A DNA stretch of 64,000 nt from Spirochaetia bacterium. Its GTDB lineage: Bacteria; Spirochaetota; Spirochaetia; SZUA-6; Bin103. The position numbers and the translations under genes are program-made. Of the stretch, positions 1-11,982 are shown in pieces. Under the pieces are notes generated by a model that ran no database searches, was not told the DNA's origin, and saw nothing but the letters and a program-made list of their open reading frames with translations. The stretch lies in contig CBDBOV010000004.1 in NCBI GenBank assembly GCA_965208575.1, forward strand, positions 1 to 64,000, in the 5' to 3' direction. Within the stretch, counting starts at the first letter, position 1; each line of letters starts with the position of its first letter.

Positions 1-28
1 TCGTGCCGGCGGGCGGCCTGGTTCAGTA

Positions 29-1015
29 ATGTCGCCTCCGGCTGCGGTCGCCCTCGACAACCTCAATTTCCTGCGTGAACTGTGCGGTCCCAACGACCGC
101 AATCTGCGCGCTTTCGAGCGTCTGCTCGGTTTTCCCGTGCGCAGCCGCGGCAACGAGTTGCTGCTTGACTGCGATGACCCGCTGCAACAGCGCCGGTTCG
201 CCGCCATGCTGGAGTGGTTGCGCGAACAGGCGGCGGGCGGGCGCGTGATCGACCGCTTCGCCGTTGCCGCCGCCCACGACGCGGTGAGCACGGCGCCGCG
301 CGACGCGGCCGCGGAGGCACGGTTGCTGATTCCCGGCGGAGGGAGCCGCATCTACGCGCGCGGCGCCACTCAGGCGCGCTACCTGGCGGCCATCGATCGC
401 TATGAGATGGTGGTCGCGGTGGGGCCGGCCGGTACCGGCAAGACCTTTCTTGCCGTCGCGGCCGCGTTGCGGGCGGTGATCGGGCGCGAGAAGCGGCGGC
501 TGGTCCTGACCCGCCCGGTGGTGGAGGCGGGCGAGAGCCTCGGGTTCCTGCCGGGCGACCTGGCGCAGAAAATCGACCCCTATCTGCGCCCACTGTACGA
601 TGCCATGGACGCCCTGGTTCCCGGCGACACGCTGCGCCGCCTCGAAGAGACCAGGGCGATCGAAATCGCGCCGCTTGCCTACATGCGAGGGCGCACGCTC
701 TCCGACAGCTACGTCATTCTCGACGAGGCGCAGAACACGACCCGCGAGCAGATGAAGATGTTTCTGACCCGGCTCGGCGAGGGCACGCGGGCGGTGATCA
801 CCGGCGACATTACCCAGATCGACCTGCCGCGCCGGCACGATTCCGGTCTGGTGCACATCATGTCGGTGTTGTCTCCGGTGCGCGACATCTGCTTCGTCCG
901 CCTCGGCCAGGAGGATGTGGTCCGCAGCGAGCTGGTGCGCAAGATCGTGCAGGCGTACGAGGATGCGGACCAGCCTCGCGAGCATGCCGGACGTCGGTCC
1001 CGAGCGGCTCCATGA
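29..1015 (+). CDS. phoH: PhoH family ATPase
   Basis: GPAGTGKT Walker [32 protein letters not shown] motifs. Confidence 0.93.
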   Translation: MSPPAAVALDNLNFLRELCGPNDRNLRAFERLLGFPVRSRGNELLLDCDDPLQQRRFAAMLEWLREQAAGGRVIDRFAVAAAHDAVSTAPRDAAAEARLLIPGGGSRIYARGATQARYLAAIDRYEMVVAVGPAGTGKTFLAVAAALRAVIGREKRRLVLTRPVVEAGESLGFLPGDLAQKIDPYLRPLYDAMDALVPGDTLRRLEETRAIEIAPLAYMRGRTLSDSYVILDEAQNTTREQMKMFLTRLGEGTRAVITGDITQIDLPRRHDSGLVHIMSVLSPVRDICFVRLGQEDVVRSELVRKIVQAYEDADQPREHAGRRSRAAP

Positions 1016-1611
1016 CGGTCGCCGACGCGGTGGTGGAAGTGCGCTGGGCCGAGCCCGGCGCGACCGTTGGCGCCGCCGGTGCGGGAGCCGCGCTCGCCGA
1101 CTTGCTCGAACGGTTCGGTCGTCGCGCGCTGGGGCACCTGAACTACCGCCTGGAAGTGTCGGTGCTGCTGTGCGACGCGCGCTTGATGCAGACGCTCAAC
1201 ACGCGCTACCGCGGCGTCGCCGCGCCGACCGACGTGCTGTCGTTCGCGCAGATGGAGGCGCCGGCGCCGCACGCGGCCGAGCAGCCTCGCGGTGCCCGGT
1301 CCGAAACAGCCGGCGCGCGCAGTGGCCGTGCAGACTCACGCATCGGCGCGGCGGGCTGGCCGCGATGCGCGGGTCAGGCTACCGTGCCGGCGGCGGGAGA
1401 CGTGGTGATCGCCACCGACGTGGCCGCCGGTCAGGCAGCCGCGCGCGGCGAGCCGGTGGAGCGGGAATTGTGCCGCTTGCTGTTGCATGGCATGTTGCAC
1501 CTCGTGGGCATGGACCACGCCGACCCGCCGCGCGAGTGCGAGCCGATGCTGCAATTGCAGGAGCGGACGTTGCACGGCCTGCTCGGAGACGTGGCGCCAG
1601 CCACACGATAG
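1012..1611 (+). CDS. ybeY: rRNA maturation endoribonuclease YbeY
   Basis: LNTRYRG..PTDVLSF and [11 protein letters not shown] zinc motif; ATGA overlap with phoH. Confidence 0.9.
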   Translation: MTVADAVVEVRWAEPGATVGAAGAGAALADLLERFGRRALGHLNYRLEVSVLLCDARLMQTLNTRYRGVAAPTDVLSFAQMEAPAPHAAEQPRGARSETAGARSGRADSRIGAAGWPRCAGQATVPAAGDVVIATDVAAGQAAARGEPVERELCRLLLHGMLHLVGMDHADPPRECEPMLQLQERTLHGLLGDVAPATR

Positions 1612-1627
1612 GATGAAGGAGATCGTG

Positions 1628-2440
1628 ATGGGTTTCCTGGAGAAGCTGCTCGGCAGGGCAGATCAGGACGACGATGACCTAGCCAACCTCGACGGCGCCG
1701 CCAAGGAGATGATCCAGGGCGTGGTCGAGCTTTCGCACAGTACGGTGAAGGAGATCATGGTGCCGCGCCCGGACGTGATTTCGGTGCCGCTCGACGTGCC
1801 CGCCGACACGCTTCTCGAACGGGTAGCGCAGAGCGGCCACTCCAGGCTGCCGGTCTATCACCAGAACATGGACAACATCGTCGGCGTAGTGTACGCCAAG
1901 GATCTGCTGCGCGCCCAGGTTTCGGCGGCCGGCGAGCCGGCCGGGGAAGCGGTGCTCGACCGCATCATGCGCCGGCCCTACTTCGTCCCGGAGACCAAGA
2001 AGGTCGACCAGCTCCTGCGCGAGTTCCAACTGCGCCGCGTGCACATTGCGGTGGTGGTGGACGAGTACGGCGGCACGTCGGGAATCGTGTGCCTCGAAGA
2101 CGTGATCGAAGAGATCGTCGGCGACATTCAGGATGAGTTCGACGACGAGGCGGAGGAGGTCCTCAAGATCGGCGAGGGCGTCTACCTGTGCGATGCCCGC
2201 GTTCGCCTCGACGAGTTGAACGAGTATGGCGGGTTCGATCTGCCGGCGAACAGCTTCGAGACCCTCGGCGGATTCGTGTTCGACCTGTTCGGAAAGATTC
2301 CGGTGAAGTACGAAAAGGAACGCTACGGCAGGGCCGATTTCGTCATTCAGCAGATGGAAGGAAACCGCATCTCCAGCGTCAAGATCGTGAGCCGCCGCGA
2401 GTCTCCGGCCGCGGGCGGCGGCGACCACGAAGCGGATTAG
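1628..2440 (+). CDS. CorC/TlyC hemolysin-family CBS-domain protein
   Basis: IMVPR, GHSRLPVY, VVVDEYGGTSGIV CBS pair plus CorC_HlyC tail; AAGGAG RBS before ATG 1628. Confidence 0.88.
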   Translation: MGFLEKLLGRADQDDDDLANLDGAAKEMIQGVVELSHSTVKEIMVPRPDVISVPLDVPADTLLERVAQSGHSRLPVYHQNMDNIVGVVYAKDLLRAQVSAAGEPAGEAVLDRIMRRPYFVPETKKVDQLLREFQLRRVHIAVVVDEYGGTSGIVCLEDVIEEIVGDIQDEFDDEAEEVLKIGEGVYLCDARVRLDELNEYGGFDLPANSFETLGGFVFDLFGKIPVKYEKERYGRADFVIQQMEGNRISSVKIVSRRESPAAGGGDHEAD

Positions 2441-2450
2441 GGGGGACGGG

Positions 2451-3635
2451 TTGCACGGCATTCGCAGCATGGGGGCGCTCGACCTGGCCGGGCGCCGGGT
2501 GCTGACTCGCGTCGATTTCAATGTGCCTCTTGCCGGTGGCGCGGTAGCCGACGACACGCGCATTCGCGCCGCGCTGCCCACCATTCGGGCCATTCTCGCA
2601 GCAGCGGACGCGAGCGTGGTGCTGATGAGCCACCTTGGCCGCCCCAAGGGCGTGCGCCGGCCGGAACTCGGCCTGACGCCGGTGGCTGCCCGCCTGGCCG
2701 CGCTGCTGGAACGGCCGGTGCAGATGGCGCCCGACTGCGTCGGGCCGGAGGTGGAACGCCGCGCGGCGTCGCTGGCTCCCGGCGCCGTCCTGTTGCTGGA
2801 GAACCTGCGCTTTCACGCCGCCGAGGAGGCCGGCGAGGAGGCATTCGCCCGGCAGCTCGCCGCCCTTGGCGATGCGTACGTGAACGACGCGTTCGGCGCC
2901 GCGCACCGCGCGCATGCCTCCACCGCCGCGGTCGCCCGGTACCTGCCATCCGGCGCCGGGCTCCTGATGGAGCGGGAGGTCGCCGCGCTCGGCAACCTGC
3001 TGGCGGCGCCCCGGCGGCCGTTCGTGGCGATTGTCGGCGGCGCCAAGGTGTCGTCCAAGCTGGCGGTGCTGGAGAACCTGCTGCCGAAGGTGGACACCCT
3101 GCTGATCGGCGGTGCGATGGCCTACACGTTCCTCGCCGCGCGCGGTACCGCGGTCGGCAACTCGCTGGTCGAGCAGGAACTGGTCGTGGCCGCCGGGGCG
3201 CTGCTGGAGCGTGCCGACGAGCTCGGCGTGCGGCTGCTGCTGCCCTGCGACCACGTCACGGCCGCCGCGCTGACGGACGACGCCGAGCGCGGCGCGACCG
3301 ACGGCGCCGATATTCCGGCCGGCGCCATCGGCGTCGACATCGGCGCGCGCACCGTGGCGGCGTTCGGCGCGGCGATCGCGGACGCCGGCACCGTGATGTG
3401 GAACGGGCCGATGGGCGTGTTCGAGGTGGCGCCGTTCGCCGCCGGCACGTTTGCCGTGGCCGAGGCGGTGGCCGCGTGCCGCGGCACCACCGTGGTGGGC
3501 GGCGGCGACTCGGTGGCGGCGATCAACGCCGCCGGCGTCGCCGACCGGATTGCGCACGTATCGACCGGCGGCGGCGCCTCCCTGGAGCTGCTGGAGGGCC
3601 GGGAGCTGCCCGGCGTCGCCGCCCTTCGGGAGTAA
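2451..3635 (+). CDS. pgk: phosphoglycerate kinase
   Basis: RVDFNVP, SHLGRP, LLENLRF, NDAFGAAHR, STGGGASLE; start may be 2469. Confidence 0.96.
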   Translation: MHGIRSMGALDLAGRRVLTRVDFNVPLAGGAVADDTRIRAALPTIRAILAAADASVVLMSHLGRPKGVRRPELGLTPVAARLAALLERPVQMAPDCVGPEVERRAASLAPGAVLLLENLRFHAAEEAGEEAFARQLAALGDAYVNDAFGAAHRAHASTAAVARYLPSGAGLLMEREVAALGNLLAAPRRPFVAIVGGAKVSSKLAVLENLLPKVDTLLIGGAMAYTFLAARGTAVGNSLVEQELVVAAGALLERADELGVRLLLPCDHVTAAALTDDAERGATDGADIPAGAIGVDIGARTVAAFGAAIADAGTVMWNGPMGVFEVAPFAAGTFAVAEAVAACRGTTVVGGGDSVAAINAAGVADRIAHVSTGGGASLELLEGRELPGVAALRE

Positions 3636-3645
3636 CGACGGGAAC

Positions 3646-4422
3646 ATGACATCCGCAACCAGCAATCGCACGCCGTTCATCGCCGGCAACTGGAAGATGC
3701 ACTTCACCCACACCGAGGCGGCGGCACTCGCCGCCGGGCTCGCCACCCGCCTCGGCGCCTGCGCCGGCATCCGGGTGATGGTGGCGCCGCCGTTCACCGC
3801 CCTGCAGGCGTCGGCGGAGGCGCTGCGCGGCTCCGCCATCGAGCTTGGAGCGCAGGACGTGAATCCGGAGGCCGGCGGCGCCCACACCGGAGAGGTGGCG
3901 TGCGGGATGCTGGCGGCGCTGGGTGTCGGCGTCGTGATTGTCGGCCACTCGGAGCGCCGCCACCTGTACGGCGAGGACGATGCGCTGGTCGCGCGCAAGC
4001 TGCGCGCGGTGCTGGACGCCGGACTGGAGGCGATACTGTGCGTCGGCGAGACGCTCGCCGAGCGCGAGGCGGACGCGGCCGCGGCGGTGGTGGCGCGCCA
4101 GTTGCGCGCCGCCCTCGGCAACTGCTGCGCGGCCGACCTGGGCCGCGTTGTCGTAGCCTACGAGCCGGTGTGGGCGATCGGCACCGGCCGTACCGCGTCG
4201 GTGGCGGACGCCGAGGCCATGCACCGCGAAGTGCGCGCCACGGTGGCGGACCTGGCCGGAGCGCCGGCGGCCGAAGCCCTGCTGGTGCAGTACGGCGGCT
4301 CGGTCAAGCCGGCCAACGCCGGCGAGCTGCTGGCCAGTTCGCAGGTGGACGGCCTGCTGGTGGGCGGCGCGTCGCTGGAAGTGGACAGCTTTGCCCGCAT
4401 CGCCGCCGCCGGCTCGAGTTGA
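3646..4422 (+). CDS. tpiA: triosephosphate isomerase
   Basis: AGNWKM, GHSERR, AYEPVWAIGTG, YGGSVK, LVGGASL. Confidence 0.96.
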   Translation: MTSATSNRTPFIAGNWKMHFTHTEAAALAAGLATRLGACAGIRVMVAPPFTALQASAEALRGSAIELGAQDVNPEAGGAHTGEVACGMLAALGVGVVIVGHSERRHLYGEDDALVARKLRAVLDAGLEAILCVGETLAEREADAAAAVVARQLRAALGNCCAADLGRVVVAYEPVWAIGTGRTASVADAEAMHREVRATVADLAGAPAAEALLVQYGGSVKPANAGELLASSQVDGLLVGGASLEVDSFARIAAAGSS

Positions 4423-4451
4423 ACCGCCGCCGCCCGCGGTCTCCGCGCCCG

Positions 4452-4481
4452 TTGATTCGCGCCTTGCCTAGTGAGTATAGT
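4452..4481 (+). promoter_or_regulatory. sigma70-type promoter for secG (possibly secG-atp)
   Basis: TTGATT-N18-TATAGT upstream of secG. Confidence 0.55.
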
Positions 4482-4528
4482 TGGCGCGGATCGCGCCGCT
4501 CTCGCGCGCCGCTGATCCTGCGAACGTC

Positions 4529-4999
4529 ATGGCAATAGTTTCGATTCTCATCCTCGTCGTGTTCGTCGTGAGCGCGCTGCTGTTGATGGCGGTGGTGCTC
4601 ATTCAGGACGACCAGGGCGGCGGCATCGGCGCGATGTTCGGCGGCGGAGCCGGCACCCCGTTCGGCGCGCGCACCGGCAACGTGATGACCCGCCTCACCT
4701 CCATTCTGGCGGTGATATTTCTGGCCGCGGCGTTCACCCTGGCGTGGATGAATCGCACCCCCGACGCGGGCAACGTGATCGGCCGCGCACGTGCGGAACG
4801 CATGAGCAGCATGGAACGCACCGACTGGTGGGTAGCGGCGCCGGCGCCCGAAGTGCTCACCGAAGAAGCCCCCGCGGCGGTGGACGCGAGTCCGGCCGCC
4901 GCCGACGAGTCGGCCGCAGCGCCGGTGCAGGCGGACGCGCCCGCCGCCGAGGGGGGCGAACCCGCCAAGGAGGAGGCCGCCGCCGAGGGTGGTGGTTAG
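4529..4999 (+). CDS. secG: preprotein translocase subunit SecG with acidic Ala/Pro tail
   Basis: two TM helices, VLIQ..GGGIGAMFGGG linker; canonical position after tpiA. Confidence 0.9.
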   Translation: MAIVSILILVVFVVSALLLMAVVLIQDDQGGGIGAMFGGGAGTPFGARTGNVMTRLTSILAVIFLAAAFTLAWMNRTPDAGNVIGRARAERMSSMERTDWWVAAPAPEVLTEEAPAAVDASPAAADESAAAPVQADAPAAEGGEPAKEEAAAEGGG

Positions 5000-5074
5000 G
5001 CAGCCCGTGGAAAGACTCCGGTTGCAATCGAGCGGCGATCCATCCCGGCTTCCGCGACCGGCTGCCAGGCAGCG

Positions 5075-6019
5075 ATGAAGGTCGTTCTGCTGATCGTGGC
5101 CGCCGTTGCCGTGCTGGTGCTCGGCAACGTGCTGATGCCGGTGCCGCGGGCAGCCATCGAGGTGGCCGCCGAACCGATCGGCCTCGGACGGGTCACCAAC
5201 GCGATGCTCACCTCGTTCATCCTCAGCGCCGTCATCCTGGCGGTGGCGTTCGTGGTCGGGCGCACGCTGAAATTGCGCCCGGGCGGCCTGCAGAACGTGG
5301 TCGAGGCGCTGATCGAAGGGCTCGGCAACCTGGTCAACCAGACCGCCACGCGTACCTGGGCGCCGCGTTTTTTTCCGATCTGCTGCACCATCTTCATCTT
5401 CCTGCTGGTATCGAACTGGTTCGGGATTCTGGGCCCGGCTCTCGGCAGCATCGGTATCATTCACGCCAGCGATCACGGCACGCTGGACGCCGGCGACATC
5501 ACGTTCCTGCGCGGCAACGCCGAACAGGTGCTGGCCGATCACGCCGCCAAGTACGGCGGCGATGCCCATCACGGCACCGACGAGGCCAAGTTCGTGATCG
5601 TGCCGCTGCTGCGCGCCCCGAGCAGCGACCTCAACCTGACCCTGGCGCTGGCCCTGATAACCATGTTCCTGGTGCAGGTATTCGGATTCTGGAGCCGCGG
5701 AATCGGCTATGTCGGACAGTTCCTGCGCTTCAGGAGTCTCAAGACCAAGGGGTTCGGGATGGGCCTGGTGGACATCTTCGTCGGCCTGTTCGAGGGCTTG
5801 AGCGAGTTCGCCAAGGTGATCTCGTTCTCGTTCCGCCTGTTCGGCAACATCTTCGCCGGCGAGGTGATCCTGATCGTGATCACCAGCCTGGTATCGCTGG
5901 TCCTGGTGGTCGTGTTCTTCGGGCTGGAGATGTTCGTCGGCCTGATCCAGGCGTTCGTGTTCTTCATCCTTTCGCTGGCGTTCTTCCACCTGGCGACCGA
6001 GCACCATGAGGACCACTGA
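5075..6019 (+). CDS. atpB: F0F1 ATP synthase subunit a
   Basis: SFSFRLFGNIFAGE with essential Arg, FVGLIQAFVF. Confidence 0.95.
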   Translation: MKVVLLIVAAVAVLVLGNVLMPVPRAAIEVAAEPIGLGRVTNAMLTSFILSAVILAVAFVVGRTLKLRPGGLQNVVEALIEGLGNLVNQTATRTWAPRFFPICCTIFIFLLVSNWFGILGPALGSIGIIHASDHGTLDAGDITFLRGNAEQVLADHAAKYGGDAHHGTDEAKFVIVPLLRAPSSDLNLTLALALITMFLVQVFGFWSRGIGYVGQFLRFRSLKTKGFGMGLVDIFVGLFEGLSEFAKVISFSFRLFGNIFAGEVILIVITSLVSLVLVVVFFGLEMFVGLIQAFVFFILSLAFFHLATEHHEDH

Positions 6020-6040
6020 TCCCACACGACACGCCAATGA

Positions 6041-6331
<291 letters not shown>

Positions 6332-6346
6332 GTCCAAGAGGCTACC

Positions 6347-6847
6347 GTGGAAGCTCTCGGCATCTCTCTGTTCGGGTTGATCGCGTATGCGATCAACTTC
6401 GTGATCCTGGTGGTGCTGCTGCGCGTGTTGCTCTACAAGCCGGTCAAGCAGCTCCTGGAGAACCGCAAGCAGCGCATCGCCGAGGGACTCGATGCGGCCG
6501 AGCGCGCCGCCGCCGACGCCGCCGAACAGCGCGGCAAGTTCGAGCGGGAACTGGACGAGGCGCGCGGCACCGCGCAGGCGGAAGCCGCCAAGCTGGCGCA
6601 GCAGGCCGAGCAGGTGCGCCACGAGGTGCTGCAGGCCGCCGAACAGGAGGCGGCCGAGATCAAGGAGCGCGCCCGCGAGGAGATCGAGCAGGAGCGCCGG
6701 CAGGCGGCGGCTGAGCTGGAGCAACAGGCTGCCGACCTGGCGATGGCGATATCCCGCAAGGTGGTCGGCGCGGCTCTCGACCAGGCGGCGCAGCGGCGTC
6801 TGGTCGATCAGTTCGTGAGCGAGCTCGGTAGCGGGGAGGGCCGGTGA
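6347..6847 (+). CDS. atpF: F0F1 ATP synthase subunit b
   Basis: N-terminal TM (INFVILVVLL..LYKPV) then coiled coil. Confidence 0.94.
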   Translation: MEALGISLFGLIAYAINFVILVVLLRVLLYKPVKQLLENRKQRIAEGLDAAERAAADAAEQRGKFERELDEARGTAQAEAAKLAQQAEQVRHEVLQAAEQEAAEIKERAREEIEQERRQAAAELEQQAADLAMAISRKVVGAALDQAAQRRLVDQFVSELGSGEGR

Positions 6848-7362
6848 CCGACGCCCGCAGCTACGCACTGGCGGCGTTCGCGACCGCGGTGGAGCCGTGG
6901 ATCGATGCACTGCGCAGCGTCCGGGACAAGCTGCAAAGCGAGCCGGAGCTGCTGGCACGGCTCTCGGACAAGGGCATCTCGTTCGATCTCCGTCAGCGGC
7001 AGCTCCGCGCGTCGCTGCCCGAGTCGGCGAGCGCCGAGTGCGGCAACTTCCTCCTCACCCTGATGGAGCGCGGCGACCTGGGGCAACTGGCGGCAATCGT
7101 CGACTGGATGGGCTCGATGGCCAGCGGCGGCCCGCGGGCGCGCATGGCGATCGTTACCACCTCCCACCCGTTGGACGGCGACCAGCGGCAGCGCTTCGTC
7201 GCCACCCTGCAGCGGACCCACGGCGCCGACCTCGGCGTGTCGTTCGCCGTGGACTCCGCGATCGTCGGCGGCGTGGTGGTGCGTATCGGCGACCAGATCG
7301 TCGACGGCAGCGTCCGAACGAGGCTGGAGGCGATCGACGGCGCCCTGGCCCGCGGCGAGTAG
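6844..7362 (+). CDS. atpH: F0F1 ATP synthase subunit delta
   Basis: ARSYA N-terminus, VDSAIVGGVVVRIGDQIVDGSV C-terminus. Confidence 0.93.
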   Translation: MTDARSYALAAFATAVEPWIDALRSVRDKLQSEPELLARLSDKGISFDLRQRQLRASLPESASAECGNFLLTLMERGDLGQLAAIVDWMGSMASGGPRARMAIVTTSHPLDGDQRQRFVATLQRTHGADLGVSFAVDSAIVGGVVVRIGDQIVDGSVRTRLEAIDGALARGE

Positions 7363-7472
7363 CGCGGGGCAACCCGTGACGAGGAAAACGATGACCAACG
7401 ATGCAAGGCCCCGCCGACGGCGGGGCCGACGGCTGCGCCGGGTGGACCGCCGTGTCTGACGAGCGCGGCGGA

Positions 7473-9002
7473 GTGAGTTTCAAGCTCGACCGGATCACCA
7501 GCGAGATTCGCCGGCGAATCGAACGCTTCGAGGCGCCCCTGGAGGCCAGCGAAGTCGGCACGGTGCTGTCGGTGGGCGACGGCATTGCCCGCATCAGCGG
7601 GCTGTCGGGGGTGATGGCCACCGAACTGCTGGAGTTTCCCGGCGGCGTGCAGGGCATCGCCCTCAACCTGGAGCCGGACGAGGTGGGGGCGGTAATCGTC
7701 GGCGAGTACGCCCACATCGAGGAGGGCGCGCTCGTCAAGAGCACCGGGCGCATCGCGTCGATTCCGGTCAGCGAAGCGCTGATCGGGCGCGTGGTGGACG
7801 CCAACGGTGCTCCGGTGGATGGCCAGGGACCGATCCGCGCCACCGCCACGATGCCGATCGAGCGGGTGGCGCCGGGCGTGGTGGAGCGCGTCAACGTCGA
7901 CACGCCGGTACAGACCGGCATCAAGGCGATAGACTCGATGACCCCGGTCGGGCGCGGCCAGCGGCAACTCGTGATCGGCGACCGCCAGACCGGGAAGACC
8001 GCGCTCGCCGTCGACACCATCATCAACCAGAAGGGCAAGGACCTGATCTGCGTGTACGTGGCCATCGGCCAGCGGCAGGGTCAGATCGCGCAGGTGGTAG
8101 CCACGCTGCGCGAACACGACGCCATGGAGCACACGATCGTGGTGGTCGCCGGGGCAGCCGATTCGGCGCCGCAGCAGTACGTCGCCCCGTACGCCGGCTG
8201 CGCCATCGGCGAGTACTTCATGGAGCAGGGCAAGGACGTGCTGTTGGTGTACGACGACCTGAGCAAGCACGCCTGGGCCTACCGGCAGATTTCGCTGCTG
8301 CTGCGCCGGCCGCCCGGCCGCGAGGCGTATCCGGGCGACGTGTTCTACCTGCACTCGCGGTTGCTCGAACGCGCCGCGCGCTTGTCGCCGGAGCGCGGCG
8401 GCGGATCGCTCACCGCACTGCCGATCATCGAAACGCTCGCCGGCGACGTGAGCGCGTACATCCCGACCAACGTCATCTCGATTACCGACGGGCAGATCTA
8501 CCTGGAGTCGGACCTGTTCTACGCCGGCCAGCGGCCCGCCGTGCACGTCGGCCTGTCGGTGTCCCGGGTCGGCGGCGACGCCCAGACCAAGGCGATGAAG
8601 CAGGTAGCGGGACAACTGCGCCTGGACCTTGCCCAGTACTACGCGCTGGCCGCGTTCGCGCAGTTCGGATCCGACCTGGACCAGACCACGCGCGGCCAGT
8701 TGGAACGCGGCCAGCGCCTCACCGAGCTGCTCAAGCAGCCGCAGTATCAGCCGCAGGAATTGGCCCACCAGGTAATCGGCATCTTCGCCCTGACGCAAGG
8801 CTTTGCGAACGGCGTGCCGGCCAGCGCCATCGCCGGCTACGTGGAGGGCCTGGTTGCCCACATCGCCGGCACCCAGCCGGCGATCATCCGTGCCATCGAC
8901 ACCGAGCGTCAGCTTACCGACGAACTCGAGGCGAGCCTGTCCGAGACCGTGCGGCAGTATACGCGGCAGGCAGGGTACGAGGTGACGGAGGGCCAGGCCT
9001 AG
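7473..9002 (+). CDS. atpA: F0F1 ATP synthase subunit alpha
   Basis: [41 protein letters not shown]; GTG 7473 preferred over ATG 7401. Confidence 0.97.
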   Translation: MSFKLDRITSEIRRRIERFEAPLEASEVGTVLSVGDGIARISGLSGVMATELLEFPGGVQGIALNLEPDEVGAVIVGEYAHIEEGALVKSTGRIASIPVSEALIGRVVDANGAPVDGQGPIRATATMPIERVAPGVVERVNVDTPVQTGIKAIDSMTPVGRGQRQLVIGDRQTGKTALAVDTIINQKGKDLICVYVAIGQRQGQIAQVVATLREHDAMEHTIVVVAGAADSAPQQYVAPYAGCAIGEYFMEQGKDVLLVYDDLSKHAWAYRQISLLLRRPPGREAYPGDVFYLHSRLLERAARLSPERGGGSLTALPIIETLAGDVSAYIPTNVISITDGQIYLESDLFYAGQRPAVHVGLSVSRVGGDAQTKAMKQVAGQLRLDLAQYYALAAFAQFGSDLDQTTRGQLERGQRLTELLKQPQYQPQELAHQVIGIFALTQGFANGVPASAIAGYVEGLVAHIAGTQPAIIRAIDTERQLTDELEASLSETVRQYTRQAGYEVTEGQA

Positions 9003-9020
9003 CGCCTGGCGAGCCTCCGC

Positions 9021-11416
<2,396 letters not shown>

Positions 11417-11417
11417 C

Positions 11418-11909
11418 GTGAGCGGGTCAGGTCACTCCGAACCCGCGGCGGCGGAGGCCGGCGGCGCGGCTGCGCGGGCGGCGGGCGCCGGGCGCCTGCG
11501 CCTGGAGATACTGACCATAGAGCGCCAGTTGTTCGACGAACAGGTGAGCATGGTGATTGTTCCCAGTGCGGACGGCGTGCTCGGCATACTGCCGCTTCAC
11601 CAGCCGATGCTCACGGCGTTGGAGCATGGCGAGCTGGTGATTCGGATCGACGGACAGGACGACCGGTACGTGGCGATCGGCGGCGGCGTGATGCAGGTGC
11701 TGCCCGATCACGTGGTGGTCCTCGCCGATCGGGCCGAACACGCCGACGAGATCGATCTGGCGCTTGCCGAGGAGGCTCATCAGCGGGCGCAGGAGTCAAT
11801 GGAACGCGGCGCGACCGACCTTGAACTCGGGCATGCGCGTGATGCGCTGCGCCACTCCGCCGTGCGCCTCGCCGTCGCGCGGCGCCACCGCGGGGGCACG
11901 CCGCGCTGA
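11418..11909 (+). CDS. atpC: F0F1 ATP synthase subunit epsilon
   Basis: GVLGILPLH, VLADRAE..DEID..AEEA; last gene of operon. Confidence 0.93.
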   Translation: MSGSGHSEPAAAEAGGAAARAAGAGRLRLEILTIERQLFDEQVSMVIVPSADGVLGILPLHQPMLTALEHGELVIRIDGQDDRYVAIGGGVMQVLPDHVVVLADRAEHADEIDLALAEEAHQRAQESMERGATDLELGHARDALRHSAVRLAVARRHRGGTPR

Positions 11910-11928
11910 CCGTTCGGACTGCGCCCGG

Positions 11929-11978
11929 ACTCGGCGCAGCCGAGCTTCACGGAACTCGGCGCAGCCGAGCTTCACGGA
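11929..11978. repeat. tandem 25-bp direct repeat with internal hairpins; probable bidirectional terminator
   Basis: ACTCGGCGCAGCCGAGCTTCACGGA x2, each with CTCGGC-GCA-GCCGAG, between convergent genes. Confidence 0.8.
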
Positions 11979-11982
11979 CCTG

